A program made the translations under genes and the position numbers. Below are positions 51,425-61,273 of a DNA stretch of 64,000 nt, in pieces. The notes below the pieces were generated by a model. It was not told the origin of the DNA, made no database searches, and saw only the letters and a list, made by a program, of their open reading frames with translations. Position 1 is the stretch's first letter. The number at the start of each line of letters is the position of its first letter. Location: contig CAWIAD010000002.1 in NCBI GenBank assembly GCA_963833985.1, positions 6,240,001 to 6,304,000 on the forward strand, written 5' to 3'. This DNA comes from an uncultured Planctomycetaceae bacterium. GTDB taxonomy: Bacteria > Planctomycetota > Planctomycetia > Isosphaerales > Isosphaeraceae.

Positions 51425-51573
51425 CGACGCTGGCGCGAAAACTACAAATCAGTCTGGCCAGAGAGGATGTGCCCAGCTAATCTTGAAGGTGAAAGGAGTG
51501 CTCAACGGCCCCTCGGGACGCAGTTGAGCACTTCAGTATCGACGATCCGTATACAGACGTGACGGGGTTCACC

Positions 51574-51921
51574 ATGCGGAAGGCGGCAGTGATCCTGCCC
51601 GACCTGGGAACCGGTCCGGACACGCCGGTCGTCGTGAGCTACTGGTTTGCCGCGCGGGGAGAGACGGTCTGGGAGGGTGAGCGGCTGGTCGAAGTACTGG
51701 TCGGGCCTGCGACCTTCGACGTTCCCGCGCCGGCGACCGGGCGCCTTGTCGAGATCCGCATCCGGGAGGACGACTCCGTTCTGCCCGGAGACGTGCTGGG
51801 CCGTATCGCGGTGTTTGACGAGGACGGCAACGACGAATCCGACGACCGGCGGAACTCAGGCGGCGACGATCAGGGCAGCGCTCCGCGTGACCGGCCCCCG
51901 CGGCCAGGTCATCGCCCATAA
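51574..51921 (+). CDS. Stand-alone biotin/lipoyl-like domain protein lacking the acceptor Lys
   Basis: LPDLG..VSYWF..GETV.EGE.LVEVLVGPATFDVPAPATGRL..V.PGDVLG. Confidence 0.85.
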   Translation: MRKAAVILPDLGTGPDTPVVVSYWFAARGETVWEGERLVEVLVGPATFDVPAPATGRLVEIRIREDDSVLPGDVLGRIAVFDEDGNDESDDRRNSGGDDQGSAPRDRPPRPGHRP

Positions 51922-52379
51922 TGACCACGTTTCACGAACGTTCCGCCGGCGTTATCCCGTTCCACCGGGGAGTCGAGGGAGGGTTGCTCTACCTCGTCCT
52001 TCACTCGGCCACGGTGCGGAACCCGCGCGCGAAGTGGGAGTTTCCCAAGGGGGGCGTGGAACTGGGTGAATCGAGCCGCGAAACCGCGGCGCGCGAGTTC
52101 CAGGAAGAGACCGGACTCGTCGACTGGTCGTTCCTGGACGGCTTCGAGCGAACGCTTTCCTACACCTACATCCGCCGCGGCCGCAAGGTGGTCAAGACGG
52201 TCGTCTACTACCTGGCCGAAGTGGGCAACTCGGCTCACCCCACGCGCTCGGAGGAACACGTCGAGGATCCCCACGGCCAGTGGTTTCAATGGGGTACCTT
52301 CGAGCAGATCAACCAGCTTCTGTACCACACCAAGATTCGCCAGGTGTTCGCCGAGGCCGACGCCTGGCTACGGAAGTAG
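51921..52379 (+). CDS. NUDIX hydrolase (Ap4A hydrolase-like)
   Basis: ERSAG, WEFPKGGVELGESSRETAAREFQEETG, KTVVYYLAE, SEEH. Confidence 0.92.
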   Translation: MTTFHERSAGVIPFHRGVEGGLLYLVLHSATVRNPRAKWEFPKGGVELGESSRETAAREFQEETGLVDWSFLDGFERTLSYTYIRRGRKVVKTVVYYLAEVGNSAHPTRSEEHVEDPHGQWFQWGTFEQINQLLYHTKIRQVFAEADAWLRK

Positions 52380-52436
52380 GCGTCTGGCCAGTTCCCCGCA
52401 GCGATTTGATTGTCATCATGATCCGGGAGATCGACC

Positions 52437-53027
52437 ATGGCGATCGACCCATTGAACCTGGAACTCAGCATCGCATCTCTGCGGCATCACGGGCCCGCAA
52501 GACTGAAAACGGCCAGGGAACTGGTCAGGCTCAGCGAGACCCAGCCTGCGCTCCTGGAGCCGTACTTCGACGAACTTGCGGAACTGCTTGACTCCGACAA
52601 CAAGATCATCCAGTGGAATGCCTTGAAGATCGTGAGCAACCTGGCCTGCACCGATCCGGATCGCCCTCTCGACAGCCTGCTGTCACGCTACCTGGCTCCA
52701 ATCAGCGGTCCGGTCATGATCACGGCAGGGATCGCGATGGCCGGAGCCGCGAAGATCGCGCACTGTCGCAAGGAACTGTCGCCGCGCATCGTCCGGGCCA
52801 TCCTTCAAGTGGAGCACGCCACATTCAAGACAATGGAATGCCGCCACATCGCCACTGGCCACGCCATCTCCGCGCTCGCCGCTCTGGACGCCGAGGTCCG
52901 ACGGTCGCCCCGGGTTCTTGAGTTCGTGCGCCGGCAAGTGGAGAGTCCACGCCCGGCCACCCGCAGGAAAGCATCCGCGTTCCTCAAGAAAAATGAGGAC
53001 CGCGTGGGGAAAGCGGCCAGACGGTAG
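52437..53027 (+). CDS. Hypothetical helical-repeat (HEAT-like) protein
   Basis: LEPYFD.L.ELLDSDNKIIQWNAL; RBS ggag. Confidence 0.75.
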   Translation: MAIDPLNLELSIASLRHHGPARLKTARELVRLSETQPALLEPYFDELAELLDSDNKIIQWNALKIVSNLACTDPDRPLDSLLSRYLAPISGPVMITAGIAMAGAAKIAHCRKELSPRIVRAILQVEHATFKTMECRHIATGHAISALAALDAEVRRSPRVLEFVRRQVESPRPATRRKASAFLKKNEDRVGKAARR

Positions 53028-53285
53028 AAGGCGCGTGGAACCCGGGCGTCTCGTCGCCTGGAGAGGCGTTCCGCCCGCGCCCCGCGGGCCCGGGAATGAC
53101 CGCGCCACCGGGAACCTGGCCCGAGGCCGAACCTGCGGCAAGATCGAATGGCCACGACGTGAGTGCGGCCTGTCCCCGGCGCACCGCACGCGCGCCGCGT
53201 GATGAGCTCTGGCTCCCCGCACGTGCACCGGTCGGTTACAATGAGGTTCTCGCGCCAGGAGACCATCGCGATGCTCGAGGAAACC

Positions 53286-53972
53286 ATGTCCGGACCGCCG
53301 CGACCGCACCCTCATCCGGGGCTTTTCCTTGCCCTCGAGGGGCCGGACGGCGGCGGCAAGAGTACGCAGGCCGCGCGGCTGGCGGCCTGGCTGCGCGAGG
53401 ACGGCTTCGACGTGGTCGCCTGCCGGGACCCCGGCAGCACCCCGGCCGGCGACCGGCTTCGAAAGGTCGTGCTCGACCGCGGCTCCGTCGGACTGGCGAT
53501 GCGCACCGAGATGCTCATCTACATGGCCAGCCGGGCGCAGCTCGTGCACGAGGTCATCGAGCATGCCCTGGCCGCCGGCCGGGTTGTCCTCTCCGACCGT
53601 TTCCTGCTCTCGAATATCGTCTATCAAGGTTACGCGGGCGGGCTGGGCGTGGACGAGGTGTGGCGGGTGGGCCAGGTGGCGACTGCCGGCCTGCTGCCCG
53701 ACGTCACGCTGGTGCTCGACGTACCCCCTGAAACGGCCGTCGCCCGCGTGGGCCCGGCCCGCGATCGCATCGAGGAGCGGCCCGCTGGCTACAGGCAGAA
53801 GGTCCGCGAGGGCTTCCTCGCCGCGGTTCACGACAGCGCAGGCCCGGCAGGGCTCTGTCCGTACTACCCGTCTCCCCTGGTGCTGATTGATGCGGCCAGC
53901 GATCCGGACACGGTGTTTCAGCAGATCCGAAGCGAGGTGCAGCGTGTCCTGGCACTCGGTCCGCGGGCATGA
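53286..53972 (+). CDS. tmk: Thymidylate kinase
   Basis: LALEGPDGGGKSTQ, RDPG, SRAQL, LSDRF..S..YQG, PDVT, DRIE. Confidence 0.96.
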   Translation: MSGPPRPHPHPGLFLALEGPDGGGKSTQAARLAAWLREDGFDVVACRDPGSTPAGDRLRKVVLDRGSVGLAMRTEMLIYMASRAQLVHEVIEHALAAGRVVLSDRFLLSNIVYQGYAGGLGVDEVWRVGQVATAGLLPDVTLVLDVPPETAVARVGPARDRIEERPAGYRQKVREGFLAAVHDSAGPAGLCPYYPSPLVLIDAASDPDTVFQQIRSEVQRVLALGPRA

Positions 53973-54982
53973 CCGGATCGTCGCGGCGCTGCGGTTGAAC
54001 CTCCGCAACGGGCGGTTCCCGCACGCCTTCCTGTTCGTCGGGCCCGACGGCGTGGGCAAGCGCACCTTCGCACGCAAGCTCGCCCAGGCGCTGCTGTGCG
54101 AGCAAAACCCGGAAATGGACCTCGATCCCTGCGAGACCTGCCCGGGATGCGTGCAGGCGGCGGCCGGCACACATCCGGACCTGATCGAGGCGGCCCGCCC
54201 CGAGGATCGCCAGGAGCTGCCCATCCGCGTGATCCGCGACGTCTCTGCCCAGTTCGGGCTCAAGCCCGCCCGGGGGCGCCGCAAGGTGGCGATCGTGGAC
54301 GACGTGGACGACATGAACGATGAGGCGTCCAACGCGTTCCTGAAGACGCTCGAGGAACCGCCCCCCGGCGCGGTCCTGATCCTGGTGGGCAGCTCGGCGG
54401 AGCTCCAGCTCCAGACCATCCTCTCGCGCTGCCAGGTCGTGCGCTTCGATCCGCTGCCCGGCGACGAGCTGGCCGAGCTGCTGCTGGAACAGGGCGTCAC
54501 CAGCGATCGAAGTGATGCGGACCGGCTGGCGGCCCTGGGCGAGGGATCGATGAGCCGCGCGATCGGGCTGGCCGATCCGGAGCTCGAAGCGGTTTCGCCG
54601 CGAGCTGATCGACGAGCTGGCCGCCGAGCACGGGTTCGACCCGTCGCTCCTGGCTGCGCGATTCGGAGCGTTTGTCCGGCAGGCTGGCAAGGAGAGCGTC
54701 GACCAGAGGCGGCGAGCCATCTTGCTGGTGGGCGAGCTGGCACGCCTGTTCCGTGCGGTGCTCTGGCAGACCGCCGGCCTGGAAGCCCCCTGCCCCGACC
54801 CGGCCGACCGCCGCGCCGCGCAGGTCCTGGGGAACCGCCTGGAACCCGAGGACGTGTTCGTACTGGCGGACCGTTGCCTGGAGGCGACTTACCACCTTCA
54901 GCGCAACCTCTACATGATCACGGTCCTCGAATCGCTGTTTCATGACCTTGCGCAATCGGTCAACCCGGCGGTCCCGGCGTGA
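53944..54982 (+). CDS. holB: DNA polymerase III delta' subunit (apparent frameshift near 54590)
   Basis: HAFLFVGPDGVGK, C..C..C, HPD, ASNAFLKTLEEPP, TILSRCQ; follows tmk. Confidence 0.93.
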
Positions 54983-55070
54983 GCGCCATCTTGCGAATGG
55001 CCTGGCTCTGGTAGGCAGGCTCACGTCGAAGACCGCATCATACTTTGTAAGCAGTGCACTGGCTCGTTAC

Positions 55071-55566
55071 ATGCAGTTCAGAGCTGAGCAGTATTATCAA
55101 GCGAGTCTGGAGAGGATGGAACAGGCGCGAAGGAACTATCAAGCGGGAATGGCTTTTGCCCTGGCCTCGTACTGTGGAGGGCTTGCGGTTGAGTGCATGT
55201 TGCGTGCCTTTCGATGGAGCAGAGACTCAGGCTTCGAGGGGCGACACGACCTGTCCGAGTTGCTTAGATCCAGCCGTCTACTGAGCATCGACGAAGATTA
55301 CTTGCGGCGTAAGGGGACCAACGAAGAGGGGAATCCGCGCGGCCGCCTTGAGAATTAAAGGAGCGATGAACGAAGTTGTTATTCTCTGGCACAACAACCT
55401 TCGATTCGCGTCCGAGGCGAGCCTGACGACCTTTCTCAAAAGGATCGATCGCTACCAGAGGGTGAAAGGAGACCCTCTGAAGAAGAACGCCTCGGACCTG
55501 TTGAACGCCGCACAGACCGTGATCGATCGGGGAGTTGTCTTATGGAACTCAGGGAGAAGGTCCTGA
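55071..55566 (+). CDS. HEPN-domain protein (apparent +1 indel in G-run near 55330)
   Basis: ASYCGGLAVECMLRA, RHDLSELL; second frame LRIKGAMNEVVILWHNNLRF..LLNAAQTVI. Confidence 0.75.
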
Positions 55567-56060
55567 CGATCTTGCGTAAAGCTCTCGAGGTTCGTCATGC
55601 CCGCCTGGAAGACGACGACGGAATCACCGGGTTCGTCGTGTCGCCGCAATTTCAAGGCATGACTTCATTGGACCGCCAGGAGCTGATCGACGATGCTTTC
55701 CGCCGCGCCACAGACTTGCTCGCATCCGAAGAGCGGCGCCAGATTCTCATGATCGCTGCCCTGACTCCTGCTGAGTACGAAACAGCCGGCGCGCCAATAC
55801 GGGTTGACACTGTAAAAGCGATGGCCGGTGGGGGTGTTGAGATCCGCTTGCGAGGCGCGGACTCGGACGCGGAATACGTCCGCGGTGTGCTTCGTGGCCT
55901 CAAGGGGGTCAGCACCACGGAACCTAGACAACTGGCCGATGTGGGGGGGACCTTGATGGCTTTTCAGGCCAGAGGAACGAGGGCAGCCCCGCTCACAAAG
56001 GCAAGGGCCATGCGAATCCTCAAGCGCGATCGCTCGATCGAGGTGATCGCAGGCCGCTGA
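55542..56060 (+). CDS. BolA-like N-terminal domain plus C-terminal extension
   Basis: GFVVSPQFQGMTSLDRQELIDDAF..IAALTPAEY resembles BolA/YrbA IVSxxFxG..R..ALTPxE. Confidence 0.65.
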   Translation: MELREKVLTILRKALEVRHARLEDDDGITGFVVSPQFQGMTSLDRQELIDDAFRRATDLLASEERRQILMIAALTPAEYETAGAPIRVDTVKAMAGGGVEIRLRGADSDAEYVRGVLRGLKGVSTTEPRQLADVGGTLMAFQARGTRAAPLTKARAMRILKRDRSIEVIAGR

Positions 56061-56106
56061 GGTGAGGTCAACCCAGGGACAACCACAACCACCAGAAGGA
56101 CTGTCG

Positions 56107-56503
56107 ATGCCGTTTCTGTTCGCTTATGGAACGCTGGCACCAGAGGCTTCCGAGACGGCGCTGCAAGACGGCTGGCAGGCCGATGCGGTTCGGGGGCGGC
56201 TGTACGACCTGGGTCCTTACCCCGCGCTGGTCGATGCGGAAGACGAGACGGCCGGATGGGTGGAGGGCCACGTCCGGCCCGTGACCACCGATCAGCTCGC
56301 CGGCAGCATTGATTCCTACGAGGGCGTCGGCGAAGGTCTCTACCGCAGGGTGCAGGTCATGACCAGGGCGGGCAGGCAGGTCTGGGTCTATGTCTACGCG
56401 CGGTCGCTTCCTCCGTCGGCCATCGGGCCGATCGACCGCTGGGCCAGCAGCAAACGCGTCCGGCTGATCGCTCCCCCAGGAACCCCAGAAGGAGGCTCGT
56501 TGA
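56107..56503 (+). CDS. Gamma-glutamylcyclotransferase (AIG2-like); read in frame with the next gene in this assembly
   Basis: LFAYGTL, GRLYDLGPYPALV, IDSYEG..LYRR, WVYVY. Confidence 0.88.
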
Positions 56504-58212
56504 TGTCCAGGACCACGGCCGTGGAACCCGCTCGCGATGGTCTCTCCGCTACGGAGCCGCCGGTGCTGACGATCGGTCAGTACCTCGTCAACCGGCTTGC
56601 CGACTGCGGGGTGGAGCACGTCTTTGGAATTCCTGGCGACTACGTACTGGGACTCTACAAGCTGCTCGAACAGAGCCCGATCCGCCTGGTGGGGATGACC
56701 CGCGAGGACTCGGCCGGGTTCGCCGCCGACGCTTATGCGCGGATCCACGGCCTGGGGTGCGTGTGCGTGACCTACTGTGTGGGCGGCCTGAGCACCTGCA
56801 ATAGCATCGCGGGCGCCTACGCCGAGAAATCTCCGGTGATCGTCCTCTCCGGCTCGCCGGGCGTCTCCGAGCGGGCGCGGAACCCGCTCTTGCATCACAA
56901 GGTGAAGGATTTCGACACCCAGTTCGAGGTCTTCCAGAAGATCACCGTGGCCTCGGCGGTGCTCGACCGGCCGGAAACCGCGTTCAGCGAGATCGACCGC
57001 GTGCTCGAGGCCGCTCAGCGGTACAAGCGGCCGGTCTACCTGGAGTTGCCCCGCGACCAGACCCATGTGCGGCAGGTGGCACCCCATCGGCGGCCCGAGG
57101 GGCTGCCGCCCAGCGACCCCGACGCGCTCCGTGAGGCGCTGGACGAGGCCTCGAGCCTGCTCGTCGCCGCGCGCCGCCCGGCGATCCTGGCGGATGTCGA
57201 GATCCACCGCTTCCACCTCCAGGCCGAGCTCTTGACCCTCGCCGAATCAACCGGAATGCCGATCGCCACCACCATCCTGGGCAAGAGCGTCATCTCCGAG
57301 GCGCACCCGCTCTTCGCCGGCGTTTACGAGGGCGGGATGGGAGCCGTCGAGGTGACCGAGCTCGTCGAATCGGCCGATTGCCTGCTGATGCTCGGCTGCT
57401 TCCTGACAGACATCAACCTGGGCATCTTCACGGCCAATCTCGACCCGTCGCGGTGCATCGACGCCACCAGCGAGAACCTGCGGATCCGCCACCATCATTA
57501 TCGCGACGTGCGCCTGGACGACTTCCTGAACGGATTGATCGCCCGCAAGCTGGTGATCCAGAGCATCCCCGTGCCAAAACGGCGCAGTCCGTTCGCTCTG
57601 GCGTTCGACGATCCGCCGGGCTCGCCCGTGCGCTCGCTGCACCTCTTCGGCCGGCTCAACCAGATGCTTTCTCGACATCCCGAGATGACCGTCATCGCCG
57701 ACATCGGCGATTCACTCTTTGGCGCGGCCGACCTGGAGATGCACCGGCATACCGAGTTCCTCAGCCCGGCGTATTACACGTCCATGGGCTTCGGCGTGCC
57801 GGCCGCGATGGGCGCGAGCATGGCCAACCCGGCGCCGCGGATCCTTGTGGTCGTGGGTGACGGCGCCTTCCAGATGACGGGCATGGAGCTCTCGAGCATC
57901 GCCCGCTACGGCCTCAACCCGATCATCGTCGTGCTCAACAACCACGGCTACACGACGGAGCGGTTTCTCCTCGAAGGCCCATTCAACGACATCCACGACT
58001 GGGCCTATCACCGCATTCCCGACGTGCTGGGCGCCGGGCTGGGCCTGGAGATCCGCACCATCGCCGAGCTGGAACAGGCACTGGAGACCGCGCTGGCCAA
58101 CACCAGCACCTTCAGCCTGTTGAACGTCCATCTCGACCGTTACGACCGCAGCCCCGCGCTGGAGCGGCTGGCCAGCAGGCTCTCGAAGATTGTCGACAAG
58201 CGGGGCGAGTGA
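56503..58212 (+). CDS. TPP-dependent 2-oxo-acid decarboxylase (pyruvate/indolepyruvate decarboxylase family)
   Basis: FGIPGDY, AGFAADAYAR, LLHH, KRPVYLELP, GDGAFQMTG..NNHGYTTER; own RBS ggagg. Confidence 0.94.
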   Translation: MSRTTAVEPARDGLSATEPPVLTIGQYLVNRLADCGVEHVFGIPGDYVLGLYKLLEQSPIRLVGMTREDSAGFAADAYARIHGLGCVCVTYCVGGLSTCNSIAGAYAEKSPVIVLSGSPGVSERARNPLLHHKVKDFDTQFEVFQKITVASAVLDRPETAFSEIDRVLEAAQRYKRPVYLELPRDQTHVRQVAPHRRPEGLPPSDPDALREALDEASSLLVAARRPAILADVEIHRFHLQAELLTLAESTGMPIATTILGKSVISEAHPLFAGVYEGGMGAVEVTELVESADCLLMLGCFLTDINLGIFTANLDPSRCIDATSENLRIRHHHYRDVRLDDFLNGLIARKLVIQSIPVPKRRSPFALAFDDPPGSPVRSLHLFGRLNQMLSRHPEMTVIADIGDSLFGAADLEMHRHTEFLSPAYYTSMGFGVPAAMGASMANPAPRILVVVGDGAFQMTGMELSSIARYGLNPIIVVLNNHGYTTERFLLEGPFNDIHDWAYHRIPDVLGAGLGLEIRTIAELEQALETALANTSTFSLLNVHLDRYDRSPALERLASRLSKIVDKRGE

Positions 58213-58320
58213 GACCTGGTCCGGCAGGCGGCCCTGGTCCACCGGGCGCCAGACTTCGCCGCCCGGTGGACGTCGCTCGCGCCGCGCCGCGCCGCGCGGG
58301 GAACGATCCGGCCGACACGC

Positions 58321-60805
58321 TTACACCTTGCCCAGAGGATTGCCCCTGCTGGTGTATCGCACGTGTACGGCGCTGGTGGGAACAACCCGGCCCCTGTGCG
58401 TGAACTGGTAGGTATTGCCGGGATGGAAGCGTCCGCGGGTGAAGACCTTCCAGCCGAGCGTCGAGCTGCCGTTGGAGGCGAACTCCTTGTAGCTCGCGTT
58501 CTGGGTCCGGCTCTGGAGCGTGGGCGGCAGCTTCTTGCCCGGGTGTGCGTAGGCGTAGTTGCGCTGGAGGAACCCGTCGGGGGGCAGGTACTGCTGGAGT
58601 GCCACCTTGAGCGGGATCGGCGCGTAATTGAAGGCCGACAGCGCCGAGACGGTGGGCACGAAGCTGCTGCCGAAGACGGGGACGAAATTCGTGGGAACGA
58701 ACGTGCCCGGCAAGATGGCGCCCGAGACCGCTCCGGAGCCGGTGCTGCCGCCACCGCCGCCACCGCCGCCACCGCCGCCCGACCCGCCCAGGGCCACCAG
58801 GGTGTTCGCTGGCTGAAGGGATGCCAGAACTATCGCAGCCGCGCCAGGGAGAGTCACCGCCGGGTTTCCGGTTGCGAGTGTGCCCGTGTAACCGGGAGCG
58901 CCCGCGATGAAATCTCCGTTACCGTTGGCATAGGCGGACACGGAGATGCCAAACCCGATCGAGTTGGTGCTGGAGTAGGTGATGGGGTACGTGAGCGTGT
59001 ACTGGCGAGCGATCGAGTTATTCAGGGTCGTCAGTTGAGGCTGATAGGTGCCGCTCGTGGGGCCCAGCAGCTCGTACACGCTTCCCAGCCCAGCTTGTGT
59101 TGTGTCGTAAGGCACGCCGATGATGATCATGCTGGAGGAAGTGGCAACCGTGGTCTGTGCATTGACATACGAGATCGAGGTGCCGGCCCGGAAACCGCCG
59201 CCGGCACCGACGAACGAGGTGCTGATCGGTGCGTAGATCGTCCCTGTGCTGGGGTTGGCAACGCCCGCGGTCGGATTGTTGAGCGAGATCGGGTTCGCGG
59301 CCGTCGTGACCAGGCCGGCACTGAGTCCCGCGGCGACTCCGATCGGCGTGTAGGTTCCTGTGGACGCCCCGTAGAACAGGTTCACGCCGCCCGGCGCCTC
59401 CGTTGCCGCCCGGCGAGCCGATCATGAAGTCACCGAAGCTGTCCACGGCCGCGTTGAAGTTGCCGGCGCCGCTGACGGTATAGCCTGCCTGGTCGGTGCC
59501 CGCACCGACGAAGACGGCACCCTGTGCGGGAGCCTGTCCGGTAATGACTGTCGGCACCACCGAGAGCTGGCTCAGGTCGACCAGTCCTCCGAGGGCGCCG
59601 GAAGTCAGCGGCGTGCCGCCATAGACCAGGTAGGCCGCGCCCGCATTTTTGTTGAAGCCCGGGGCACCGATCAACAGGTCGTTCGTCGCTCCAAGGGCGG
59701 AGGTCGCGTTGTTCACGTCGCCTGCGTTGGCGACCGAGAAGCCGGCCATGTCGCCGGAGTTCGCGCCCGCGAAGCGGAAAGGCGCACTCGACACGCTCAC
59801 GAGGTTGGGCACACCCGGGGTGAAGGGCAGCGAGTTGATCGGAAAGATGAACACGCCGCCGGCACCAGTCGCAATGCCACCCGCGACCGAGGCGCTCGGC
59901 TCGCCGATCGCCAGGTCGTCCACGCCATCGCCGAACAGGTTGGGCACGTCGGCGAACGAGGTACCCAGCCCCGTGTTCCCCGTATCGGTGAAGGTGACGA
60001 TCGTCAGCCCCGGGTAATTCTGGGGGTTATCCAGGTCGATCGGACCGGTGCGCAGCGACAGGGCGTTGAAGTTGGACGTCGCGGTGATGTAGTACAGCCG
60101 CCCCACGCCGGTTCCGCCCCAGTTCGGGGCACCGATCACGAACGCATTGGAACCGGCGGCGGCGACGAACTGGCCCAGCCCGGAATTCGGGTGCTGGCTG
60201 GTGATGAACGAGACGCCGTCGAAGGCGTAGCTGTACGGCTCGTTGCGATTGGTGAACGGGTTGACCTGGAGGTTGCCGCCGATGTCCGACAGCAGCCCGA
60301 CCCGCTGCTCCGGCGTCGCCGAAAGCCAGCTCTGGGTGGTGGGCAGGTTCACGGAGCGATTGCCGAAAATCAGGTAGGCCGTGTCGGTGTTGCCCGTGCC
60401 CGCAACGATCGTTGACCCGGCATAGGTCGCGGTCGGGGCACCGATGACGAAATCGTTGCTGCCGCCGAGGTTCATATCACCCACGGCAGCCACGCTGTAG
60501 CCGGCACCCTGGTTGGCGACGTTGCCGGTCTGGAGGACGCCCAGTCCAGGGTCCGTGGTCTGGGTTCCCTGGGTCTGGGGCTGGAACCCGAAGGAGTCGG
60601 CAATGAATGGAAGCTGGCCGCCAATGGTCTGGGGCCCGGCCGGTGCGGTGGTCACCTGACCGGCGAGGTTAAAGGGCGTGCCTGCGCCCAGTTGCAAGAG
60701 CGCCAGCAAGACCTTCGCTTCCAGCTCCTCGCCGCGCGGCCGAAAAGTCTCGCTCTTGCGTGCTTGCTTAACGGATGATCGAGGACCGCGACTGCCAAAG
60801 TGCAT
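58321..60805 (-). CDS. Large extracellular FG-GAP/integrin-alpha beta-propeller protein (apparent frameshift near 59390)
   Basis: FRPRGEELEAKVLL (LEPR-xLL-like); repeated AGYSVAAVGD..DFVIGAP, AGFSVANAGD..DLLIGAP, GAAYLVYG. Confidence 0.88.
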
Positions 60806-61273
60806 CGGAGACTCCCTTCTCCCAACCGGATTCCGCCTGGGCCACGAGGGACTGCTCTTGATCCCGTTCGCGGCAGGTGCTGCCGGGAAGGCCCATGCGC
60901 GGCATCGCCAAACAATTCGCCGTGGCCAACCGGCCCGGTGCGACGCCGCCGTCCAGAGCACCCTTCGACCTCAGAGTTTCGGAACGCCGGTCATCCCAAC
61001 TCGATGCAAAGCCGCGTTTCAAAGGCCCGCTGGTGCGAGACCGGCACCCTTTTCGGCTCAACTGAAACAACCCGCAAACCCGATACAAGCGGTGAAACTG
61101 CTACGAGACGACCGAAGCGGCGGTCGGGGATCCTCCCTGGCTGCCTTTGGACGCTGCTCGTCACCGGCTGGGGCTGCCTTCCCTATGCCGGATCTGCCTT
61201 CGTGTTCTCGTGGCCTGGTCACACCTAATCCGCGACGATCCGGATCCGCGTGGTGTCGTGTCGGGGGAAACCG

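Noticed and set aside
56062..58212. 716-aa GGCT-decarboxylase fusion protein
   Set aside because: The decarboxylase has its own RBS (ggagg) and a TGATG stop/start overlap at 56501-56505. Removing one base, for example in the C-runs at 56473-56486, ends GGCT exactly there, so this is probably an indel artefact.
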